Below are positions 37,443 through 47,599 of a stretch of 48,723 nt of DNA, piece by piece (positions within the stretch are counted from its first letter, which is position 1; every line of letters begins with the position of its first letter). Location: assembly GCA_030390025.1 (NCBI GenBank), contig JASTWF010000033.1:6698001-6746723 (forward strand), read 5' to 3'. This stretch comes from Squalus acanthias. Its lineage: Eukaryota. The position numbers were made by a program, and so were the translations under genes. Below the pieces are notes generated by a model that was not told the DNA's origin, searched no databases, and saw only the letters and a program-made list of their open reading frames with translations.

Positions 37443-37602
37443 TTATGATTGTTTTTAAAATTTTATGTTACTTACACGGGAAAGCATCATTAACTAACCG
37501 ACAACCTCCTTTTGCAGGAAGAAATAATGCTAACTGAGGGAGAGTCACTTATTCAATAATTTGATAACTGTTAAACCATATCCCATTTTATACACTGAAT
37601 TT

Positions 37603-39270
37603 GAATCGTAGAATCATAGAATGGTTACAGCACAGAAGGAGGCCATCCAGCCCATCGAGCCCATGCATGCTCTCTGCAAGAGCACTTCAGCTAGTCCCAC
37701 ACCCTGGCCCTTTCCCCGTAGCCCTGCAATCTTTTTTCCATCAGTTACTTATCCAATAACCTTTTGAAAGCCACGATTGAGTCTGCCTCCACCACCTTTT
37801 CAGGCCGTGCATTCCAGATCCGAACCACTCGCTGCGGAACATTGTTTCCTCATGTCGCCTTTGGACCTTCGGCCAATCACCTTAACTCTGTGCCCTCTGG
37901 TTCTCGACCCTTCCGCAAATGGCATCAGCTTCTCTCTATCTGTTCTGTCCGGACACCTGATAATTTCGAACACCTCTATCAACTCTCCTCGCAATCTTTT
38001 CTGCTCCATGGAGAACAACCGCAGCTTCTCCAGTCTATCCACGGAACTGCAGTCCGTCATCCCTGGAACCATTCTGTAAATCTCTCCAGCAGCCTCTCTA
38101 ACGCCTTCACATCCTTCCAAAAATGTTGTGCCCAGAACCCTCCAGCTGAGGCCTACCCAATGATGTATAAAGGCTCAGCATTACTTCCTTGCTGCTATAC
38201 TCTGTGCCTCTATTAATAAAGCCAAGGATTCCGTGTGATTTTTACCAGTCATAGCAAAAGGGTTGGAATACAGGAACAGGGATACCTTGCTGCAGCTGTA
38301 CAGGGCACTGGTGAGACCACACCTCGAGTACTGTGTACAGTTTTGGTCGCCTCATCTGAGGAAAGATGTTCTTGCCATGGAGGGGGTGCAGCGGCGATTC
38401 ACCAGGCTGATACCAGGAATGGCGGGATTGACCTATGAGGAGAGACTATGTAGTTTAGGGATGTACACACTGGAGTTTAGAAGATTGAGAGGTGACCTCA
38501 TAGAAGTGTATAAAATTCTGACAGGTCTAGACAGACTAGATGCAGAAGGAATGTTTCCCTTGGCGGGTGAGAACAGAACTAGAGGACATAAGTTAAGGAT
38601 AAGGGCTAAACCATTTAGGACAGAGATGAGGGGGAACTTCTTCACTCAGAGGGTGGTGAATCTGTGGAACTCATTGCCACAGAGGGCAGTGTACGCCAGC
38701 TCATTAAATATATTTAAGAGGGAATTAGATATATTTCTACAGGCAAAAGGGGTTAAGGGTTACGGAGAGAAGGCGGGGACGGGATACTGAATTGGAGGAT
38801 CAGCCATGATCTCATTAAATGGCGGAGCAGGCTCGAAGGGCCGGATGGCCTACTCCTGCTCCTATCTTCTATGTATCTATGTATCTATGTATCTCAACTT
38901 GTTCCGCCACCTTCAAAGATAGTCTCCCAGTTCTCTCTGTTCCTGCACCCCATTGAAAATTACACCATTTCGTTTATATTGCCTCTCCTCATTCTTCCAA
39001 CAAAAATGGATCACTTCACCCTTCTCTGTGTTAAATTACATCTGTTATGTCTCTGCCCATTACACCACTCTCTTTATGTCCTCATGTTACTTTCCCTCTC
39101 ATTGTTTACCACATTTCTGAGTTTCCTTTCATCTGCAAACTTTGAAATTATGCCCTGAATACCCAAATCCAGCTCATTAATATATATCAAAGAGAGCAGT
39201 GGACCTAATACCGACCCCTGGGGAACACCACTGTACACTTCCCTCCAGTCTGATAAATAACCGTTCACCA
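37603..39270 (-). mobile_element. CR1 3' part, interrupted by an antisense CR1 at ~38246-38894
   Basis: GAATCATAGAATGG tail; RLRGELIEVF; SGVPQGSVLGP at 39074-39271; the sequence resumes collinearly after the insert. Confidence 0.88.
38246..38894 (+). mobile_element. Young 5'-truncated CR1 with open ORF2 C-terminus and (TATGTATC)n tail
   Basis: Uninterrupted 175-aa ORF LVRPHLEYCVQFWSP..RRLRGDLIEVYK..FFTQRVVNLWNSLP. Confidence 0.93.
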
Positions 39271-39354
39271 CTATTTACAACTGACACACGTGCAAAACAT
39301 CGTATTCATTCTATAAACACCCATTTTATATATAAACTCCACACCCATATACAC

Positions 39355-39570
39355 AACAACAAACAAACTTGCATTTATATAGCGCTTTAAAGCAGTAAAA
39401 TGTCCTAAGACGCTTCACAGGAGCGATTATCAGACAGAATTTGACACCGAGCCACATAAGGAGATATTTCGGCAGATGACCAAAAGCTTGGGCAATCTGG
39501 TAGATTTCAATGAGCGTCCTAAAGGAGGAAAGAGAGGCGGAGAGCTTTAAGGAGGTAATTCGAGCATTTA
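39355..39570 (-). mobile_element. L2-like LINE 3' end
   Basis: ACTTGCATTTATATAGCGCTTT tail shared with the Deu-SINE; minus frame SLSSFRTL..QAFGHL. Confidence 0.65.
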
Positions 39571-39892
39571 GGGCTTCGCTCACACACCCACAGTTTATAT
39601 TTTTACACGGATATGTTTGCAGTTCTGAATATTGTTCACATGCCTCAAGTTTAGTTGTTTTTCAGAAGCTGCTCGACCTGTTGTGTATTTTGAGCAGTTT
39701 CCCAGTTTATTTCCCTGTGATGTGATGATTGTGGGGGCTCGGTGCGTGTAATTGGATTGGCTGCTTGATTTCCTTACACACCTTGGAATTCAGGAGAACC
39801 TGGTTCGTGGTTTGGAGAACAAGTTAAACTGCTGGGGCAGAGCCACCAGGCGCCTGGCTGCAATCGGCGACAAGGACGTCGAAGCTTGTCAG

Positions 39893-39965
39893 GCCCGGCT
39901 AGCTTAGTCGGTAAAGCATGAGACTCTTAAACTCAGCGTCGTGTGTTCGAGCCCCACGGTGGGCG
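39893..39965 (+). tRNA. tRNA-Lys(CTT), full length with 6 substitutions; possibly a pseudogene
   Basis: GCCCGGCTAGCTTAGTCGGTAAAGCATGAGACTCTTAAACTCAGCGTCGTGTGTTCGAGCCCCACGGTGGGCG, followed by a T5 Pol III terminator at 39971-39975. Confidence 0.88.
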
Positions 39966-40567
39966 AGTGCTTTTTGTTCAACTTTAATGTTGCATTCACA
40001 GTAACGCATCATTAATTAACCGAAAATCTTCTTTTGCACAATCAAAGAAATGATAAATGAGCGAGAGTCGATACTTCAATACAAAAGCAAAATAATCCAG
40101 CTTCTCCTTGAACAGAGGCCCAACCAGTCCCCATCCATCACCCTCCTTCACCAGGCTGAACTTGTTCTCACATTGAATAACTTCTCCTTTGACTCCACTC
40201 ACCTCCTCCAAATTAAAGGTGTTGCTATGGGAACCCGCATGGGCCCTAGCTATGCCTGTCTTTTCGTGGGATATGTGGCACATTCTTTGTTCCAGTCCTA
40301 CTCAGGTCCCCTCCCTCACCTCTTTTTCCAGTACATTAATGACTGTAGCATTGCCGTTTCCTGCTCTCGCCCTGAACTAGAACATTTCATTCACTTTGCT
40401 TCCAATTTCCACCCTTCCCTCACCTTAACATGGTCCATTACTGACTCTTCCCTTCCCTTCCTCGACTTCTCCGTCTCCATCTCTGGGGATAGGATATTGC
40501 AAAACATTCACTATAAGCCGCTGGAAACACCCAGCAGGCCAGGCAACATCCGTGGAGAGAGAAACAG

Positions 40568-40604
40568 AGTTAACGTTTCAGATCTGGGACCCTTCATCAG
40601 AACT
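40568..40604 (-). ncRNA. Minimal type I hammerhead ribozyme motif (Penelope-associated), core intact
   Basis: Minus strand AGTT-CTGATGA-AGGGTC-CCA-GATCT-GAAAC-GTT-AACT; stem I AGTT/AACT. Confidence 0.75.
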
Positions 40605-41484
40605 GGAGAAAGCTGGAGATGTAACAGATATTAATCAGGTGCAGAGACAGGGGTGGGAGGGGAGGAAGGAATTGAAGGAATATACTGTGCTTTTGTAAGA
40701 GGCAGGAAAGATAAAATGTTGCAAATTCAATGGATCATCCTCCGCCATTTCCCCCACCTCCAACGTGATCCGACCACCAAACGCTTCTTCCCCTCACCTC
40801 CCCTTTCAGCATTCCGAAGGGACCGCTCCCTCCGCGACACTCTGGTCCACTCCTCAATCAACCCTAACACTCCTTCCCCTTCACCCGGCACCTTCATGTG
40901 CAAGCACAGGAGATGCAATACATGCCCTTTTCCCTCCTCCCTTCCCACTGTCCAGGGCCCCAAACACCCCTTCCAGGTGAAACAGCGATTTACTTATAAT
41001 TTTTGCAATTTAGTATACTGTATTCACTTCTCAGCATGCGGTCTCCTCTACATTAGGGAGAACAAATGCAGATTGGGTGACCGCTTTGCGGAACTTATCC
41101 ATTCAGTCGGTAAGGGTGACCTCGCGCTTCCGGTCGCCTGGCACTTTAATTCTCTGCTCCGCTCCAAATCAGACCTCACCGTCCTCGGCCTCTTACACTG
41201 TTCCAATAAAGCTGAATGCAAGCTCGAGGAGCAGCACCTCATCTTTCGATTAGGCACTTTACAGCCTTCTGGACTCAACACTGAATTCAACCATTTCAGA
41301 CTATAACACCTGCCCCTATTTTTTCAGGTGGCAGCTGTTAATCATTCTGCAATCCCCATTTGCAACATTTCATCTCTGCTGCCTTCAATCCGAGCACAGA
41401 CCGTCCCTTAAGTTCCTTCCTCCACTCCCCCACTTTCCCTGCCCTTCCACCTGCTTAAAACCTGTTACATTTCCAGCTTTTTCC

Positions 41485-41520
41485 AGCTCTGATGATGGTT
41501 CACAGACCTGAAACCTCTGT
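41485..41520 (+). ncRNA. Degenerate hammerhead motif in the Penelope terminal repeat
   Basis: CTGATGA-TGGTTCACAGACCT-GAAAC; the GTTAA cleavage segment is lost. Confidence 0.5.
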
Positions 41521-42189
41521 TTCTCTCTCCACCTGACCTGCTGAGTGTTTCCAGCATTTTATGTTGTTATTTCAGATTTCCAGCATCCGCAGTATTTCGC
41601 TATTGTACTGGGGAGAGATAACCTCACCGCCTTCTTAGGATGTTTAATCACTTTGTTCACTTTCTTATTTGAGCTCCATTTGGAATTAGAGTTTATTTTA
41701 TTTTATTGTTGCATATTTAACGACAGCATTCAAGAGGGAAAGAGAAACTTCGTGCAACTTCTTCTGTCAAAGCTGCAATGAGACTAGAAAGAATTTAAAG
41801 ATTTTTTATGAACTTTTCTCAAAAAATAAATTTTAAAAACACTTTTTCCCCCTAAGTTTCGAATATGATTTTGGAAGAAAAAAGCAAAAATCACTGTTCC
41901 CCTCATCTAAACAAGTTTCAAGCGGGGTTTTTAAATTCCGAACGATTTTAAGCAGGCTCTCAATTGCTTAAAACGTTTTAAAATGGAAATGTCACAATAT
42001 TTGATTTTGAACGATCGACTGAAGTGAGTAGCTTCACACAAACATGCAACCATGCAGGTGAAGTCGGGAGAGCAGGGGGGATTTGGAGGTGTTACTTATT
42101 ACTTTTTATTGATTTTATAGAAATATCATTAAGAAATTTAGGAAGAGAACCAAAAATGGGGAAAAACACAAACAATTTTATTCTACATA

Positions 42190-42590
42190 ATATAAAACGA
42201 GAAAATGCTGGAAATACTCAGCAGACTAGGCAGCATCTGTGGAGAGAAAGAAAAATAGATTAACGTTTCATGTCTGTGACCTTTCTTCAGAACTGGAAAA
42301 TGTTCGAGATGTAACAGATTTTAATCAGGTGCAGAGTCAGGGAAAGGCGGGAGGGGAGGAAGGAACAAAAGGGATGGTCTGTGATATGGGGCAAGGCAGG
42401 AGTGGTTAAAACCGGCCTCTGCACCTGTTTAAAATCTGTTTCATCTCTAACTTTTTCCAGTTGCGACGAAAGGTCACAGACCTGAAACGTTAACTTTGTT
42501 TCTCTCTCGCTCTCCACAGATGCTGCCTGACCTGCTGAGTATTCCCAGCATTTTCTGTTTATATTTCAGGTTAAAACATCCGCTGTATTG
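42190..42590. mobile_element. Palindromic non-autonomous Penelope terminal-repeat pair with hammerhead motifs at 42258-42294 (-) and 42459-42495 (+)
   Basis: 42192-42335 is the reverse complement of ~42418-42565; both match 41455-41575 and 40520-40645. Confidence 0.85.
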
Positions 42591-43639
42591 TGAACGATTT
42601 TCTTTTGTCTGTCGTTCTATAGTCTGAACAAGTCACACGAATAACGTAACGATAGATTTCTTCTTAAAATTTTGGTGGAGTGTTAATAGAAACAAGAACT
42701 CTGAATTGATGTATGGAAAATGCAGGAAGCTACTTTAGAAGAAACCATAATTTGTTTATTGAGAAAGACACAAAAAATACTTTGATTAAACTGATAAGTC
42801 ATAATTTTGATTAGGTATAAATGTTTGAATTAGGAGATTGAAAATTGAGAGTATAATGAAGTTTGTTTCCTGCTATTTAATTGGGAAGTACCTAAAATAA
42901 TTCAGCACTTTTCGTGACAAGAGCAGGGAATAATATTGTCGAGAATGTTTGAGAGAAAAAACATTGGAAGCGAAATTTGTAAATTTACATCTTTATATCA
43001 ACATATTAGTAAATATTTCAGAAGTCAGTCTAAATGGTTCTCTTGTCCAGGAAGAATGATGAATATTTTTTGTGTTGAATTATAGCTTTTCCTGCTTTTT
43101 GTTTTTAATTCAGTGACGCAAATTGTGTGCGTGTTTTTCTGCACTTGTGAATAAGTGCTGCATTTCAGATATGTTACATGGGGGTGTGTTGGTTCAACAA
43201 TTCCTCGTTTACTAATGGAAGATATTGAAGATTTTGTTCAATTCTTTTTAATACTGTGAACTAAAGAACTACAGCACTTTATATTTGTTGGTTGTCTGGT
43301 TGCATTGTGATTAATATTCTGATTACATATCTGGACGTAGCGCACGTCAGCGCCATAGGAAAGCTGCTGCTCCTGCTGCTTGTGCAGCCATTGCTACAGT
43401 GACATGAGGGATGGGCTAATACATTGAAAACTTTAAAATTAATACAAATTGTATGAATAGATAATCCTCATTCAGATTATCTTGGGCTTTTGGATTGTTT
43501 GTCGATGTGTAAGTGAGTGACGTTTCTGAAATGTTAATTTCTTATTCAGCAGCTCTTTCATATCCCAGTCATTTCTGACAAGTATTTATTTAAATAGAGT
43601 TTGTACATGACGAAGTAAAAGCTATTAATTAATTCTACC

Positions 43640-43925
43640 GTAATCAAACTTGCAGAATGGGGAAGTAAATGACAAATGAACTTCAATATATGTAAGTGTG
43701 AGGTGTTGCATTTTGGTGGCAGGAATAAGACACATGCTACTCCTTGGAAAATAAGAGTCTAAATGGGGTAGAGTTGCAAAGGGATCTCGGGGTATAGATT
43801 CACAAATCATCAGGAGTAGCAACGCAGGTTAAAAAGCCATAAAAGTGCAAATAAAGCACGGGTTCATTTCTAGAGGAATAGATTTCAAAAGCAGGGAAGT
43901 TATGTTAAACTTACTAAACCTTGTC
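43640..43925 (+). mobile_element. CR1 ORF2 fragment
   Basis: QMNFNICKCEVLHFG, QRDLGV and RGIDFKSREVMLNL. Confidence 0.82.
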
Positions 43926-44124
43926 TGATTGTCTCATGATTTGAGACGGTGGGGTGACAATATCTCATTACAGTATATATGATTTTAACTGGTTGTTGTT
44001 GTTTTCGCTGTTGTAAAAGTTGCTTTTCTAAAAGTTGCTCTAAATTTGTTGTTGTAAAATTTACCCACGGAAGAAAAGGTCGCTCAAAGGAGTTAATGGC
44101 CGCTCAGTGCAAAACAAATCGATG

Positions 44125-45500
44125 GAATATAGGCGGAGAGGAGCTGAGGATATTAGGTGGGGAGGAGCTGAGGATATTAGCTGGGTTCAGGAGGAGCTGC
44201 GGATATTAGATCGGTTCAGGAGGAGCTGAGGTTATCAGGTGGGAAGGAGCTGAGGATTGAAGGTGGGGTGGGGAGGAGCGGAGGGTATTAGGTGGGTTCA
44301 GGAGGAGCTGAGGATCTTAGTTGGGTTCAGGAGGAGCTGAGGATATTAGATGGGGTGGGGAGGAGCTGAGGATATTAGGTGGTGTGGGGCGGAGCTGAGG
44401 CTATTAGGTGGGTTCAGGAGGAGCTGAGGATATTAGGTGGGGTGGGGAGGAGCTGATGATATTAGGTGGGGTGGGGAGGAGCTGAGGATATTAGGTGGGG
44501 TGGGGAGGAGCTGAGGATATTAACTGGGTTCAGGAGAGCTGAGGATATTAGGTGGGGTGGGGAGGAGCTGAGGATATTAGGTGGGGTGGGGAGGTGCTGA
44601 ATATATTAGGTGGGGTGGGGAGGAGCTGAGGATATTAGGTGGGTTGGGGAGGAGTTGAGGATATTAACTGGGTTCATGAGGAGCTGAGGAATTAGGTGGG
44701 TGCGGAGGAGCTGAGGATATTAGTGGGGTGGGGTGGTGCTGAGGATATTAGGTTGTGTGGGGGAGCTGAGGATATTAGGTGGGGTGGGGAGGAGCTGAGG
44801 ATATTAGGTGGGGTGGGGAGGAGCTAGGATATTAGGTGAGGTGGGGGAGGTGCTGAGTATATTAGGTGGGGTGGGGAGGAGCTGAGGATATTAGGTGGGG
44901 TGTGGGGGAGCTGTGGATATTAGTGGGGTGGGGAGGAGCTGATTGATTATTAGTGGGGTGGGGAGGAGCTGAGGATATTAGGTGGGGTAGGGAGGAGTTG
45001 AGGATATTAGGTGGGGGTGGGAGGAGCTGCACGATATTAGTGGGGTCGGGAGGAGCTTGAGGAGATTAGGTGGTGGGTGGGGAGGCGCTGAGGATATTAG
45101 GTGGGGTGGGGGTGGAGCTGAGGATATAGGCGAGGTGGGGGATGTGCTGAGGATATTGGCGGGTGGGGAGGAGCTGAGGATATTAGGTGGGTATGGGCGG
45201 AGCGTGGATATTAGGTGGGGTGGAGAGGAGCTGATGATATTAGGTGGGGTGGGGAGGAGCTGAGGATATTAGGAAGGGTAGGAGGAGTTGAGGATATTAG
45301 GTGGGGTGGGGAGGAGCTGACGATATTAGGTGGGGTCGGGAGGAGCTGAGGATATTAGGTGGGTGGGGAGGAGCTGAGGATATTAGGTGGGGTGGGGTGG
45401 AGCTGAGGATATTAGGCGAGGTGGGGATGGTGCTGAGGATATTAGGCGGGGTGGGGAGGAGTTGAGGATATTAGGTGGGGTTTGTGGAGGAGTTGAGTAT
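44125..45500 (+). repeat. 29-bp G-rich minisatellite, roughly 45-50 units
   Basis: Unit AGGAGCTGAGGATATTAGGTGGGGTGGGG (e.g. ATTAGG at 44461 and 44490). Confidence 0.97.
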
Positions 45501-45799
45501 GTTCGATGCATATATCGAAGTCACAAAGTGAGGCTGAAGCAAACAGGAGAGCATTTCTGTTATTTGAAAACAAATAATTTATTCACCAACTTCTTCGAAA
45601 AGCAGCAGTACAAAGTGACAAGCCAAGAGTTCACTCTGCAATAAATCTTCAGATTCTCTGAAAAAAATTCCAAAACCACCACAGTTTAAATGGCTGCCTT
45701 ATTAATTTTTAGTTGTTTTTTATTCAATACACTGGCGCTTTGCTTCAAATATTGAAGAGACATTTCTCGTCATAACATCTCACAATAGACATTAGGAAA

Positions 45800-46325
45800 C
45801 ATACAGACTGCGCAGTTAAGTGACAAGTGAACTTTAACATCGATAAATGCGAGGTGATGCACTTTGGTAGGAAAATCTAAACATCATGAGGGTAGTGCGG
45901 TTAATGTTTTGTATATGGACTTTCAAATGCGTTTAACAAAAACCACGTGACATACCTTGTCATACAATTGTAAGCCCATGGGATTAATGGGACATGGCAG
46001 CATGGATACCAAATTGGCTAAGGTTCAGAAAGCAGAGAGTTAGTGGTGACCGGTTGTTTTTCAGATGGAGGGAAGTATACAGAGCTGTTCCCCAGCAGTC
46101 GCTATAAGGACCAGAGCTCTCTTTGATATATTTTAATGACCTAGAGTTGGGTATACAGGGCATCGAAACTCGGAAATGTAGCACACAATGAGGAGGATAG
46201 TCACAGACGTCAGGAGGACGTAGACTGACTGGATCAACAAGAGAACATAAGAAATAGGAGCAGGAGTTGGCCATTCGGCCCTTGGATCCTGCTCCACCCT
46301 TCAATATGATCATGGGCTGACCTTC
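45800..46325. mobile_element. Jumbled CR1 fragments (+ RT pieces, then a - strand tail from ~46240)
   Basis: FNIDKCEVMHFG, YMDFQ and WIPNWL..RKQRV; AGAACATAAGAAATAGGAGCAGGAG tail. Confidence 0.75.
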
Positions 46326-46644
46326 GGTTAAAAAGTCATTCATGCAACACCTTCCAACTGACCCCACATTCCTGCATATAAAGTTATCTCCTTACTCAGT
46401 TTACTGGCATATTTTGCATTAGCAGAATAAAATATATTTGGAGCCGAAAGCAAGACTCTAAATGCCAAGAACATTTGGCTGGGTCTTTACCCTTATAAAC
46501 TGTTCCTCAGGCTGGAGGGATTGAGAGCTTCAGAGACGTCCCTGACATGATCCTACGCTTCTCTTTAGGCGTTTCTTTGCGAATCCAATCCCTTTGCTTA
46601 AGCATCGCCCGAACCCTGATTCAATTAGGCAGACACTATTTAAC

Positions 46645-47425
46645 ACAGAGAATTGTGAAGTGAAAAAATGAGAAGAGGCAATGTGATCTCAATGGTACAA
46701 CTTTAAAGGGAGTGCAGAACTGAGGGACCTAGGCATTTATGTTCACTAATCTTTGAAGGGGGCCGGATAATTTGAGAAGTATGTTAATAAAGCATACGGG
46801 ATCCTTCGCTTATTAATAAGCAGTAGAGTAGAAAAGCAAGGAAGTTATGCGAAAAATTTATAAAGCTCTGATTAGGATTCAGCTGTAGTATTGTGTCCAA
46901 TTCTGGACACCACAGTTGAGGAAAATGTCAAGGCCTTGAGCGTGTGCAGAAGAGATTTACTAGAATGTTACCAGGGACAAGGGACTTCAGTTATGTGGAG
47001 AGACGGGAGAAGCTGGGGTTGTTCTGATTAGAGCAGAGAAGTTTCAGAGGAGATTTGATAGAGGTGTTCAAAAGCCTAAATAGATTAGATAGAGAAATTA
47101 AAGAGCAACTGTTTCCAGTGGAAGTGGGGTCGGTAACCAGATGACACAGATTGAATGTGATTGGCAAAAGAACCCGAGACAAACATGAGAAAGCTTTTGT
47201 TTTTACACAGCGAGTTGTTGTGATCTGGAATGCGCTGCCTGAAAGGGCGGTGGAAGCAGATTCAATAGTAACTTTCAAAGGGGATTTGAAAAAAGTACTT
47301 GAGAGATAAAATAAATACTGTGGAAAGAGCAGAGGAGTGTGTTTAATTGGACAGCTCTACCAAAGAGCCAGCACAGATACGGTGGGCCGAATGGCCTCCT
47401 TCTGTGCTGTATCATTCCATGATTT
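46645..47425 (+). mobile_element. CR1 3' part
   Basis: YCVQFW, GDLIEVFK and WNALPERAVEA; GGGCCGAATGGCCTCCTTCTGTGCTG tail. Confidence 0.88.
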
Positions 47426-47599
47426 TATATTCACCAAAAGCTTAGAAAATAAGAAACGGAACGTGGCACAAGAGAAAAGGGGTCTCGGGATCAAGGTGAA
47501 CAAATAATTAAAAACAGTATCACTGGACACAAAGCAATTAAAATGCTAACAATGAATTGCGTTTATTTCTAAGGCAAGATATTCAAAAGAAGTGAAGTT

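Larger units (their letters stand above)
40085..41605 (+). mobile_element. Penelope-like element: partial RT, GIY-YIG endonuclease and terminal repeat; decayed
   Basis: NNFSF..QIKGVAMGTRMGPSYACLF..QYINDC RT motifs; CNTCP..NLVYCI..CGLLYI.E..RL.DRF.E GIY-YIG; GTLQPSGLN end. Confidence 0.92.

Noticed and set aside
45057..45644. Gly-rich ORFs
   Set aside because: Read-through of the 29-bp minisatellite; the unit is not a multiple of 3 and contains stops
45936..45944. RSS nonamer ACAAAAACC (also GGTTTTTGT at 10341)
   Set aside because: No CACAGTG heptamer at 12/23 spacing and no V/D/J segments; both lie in other features
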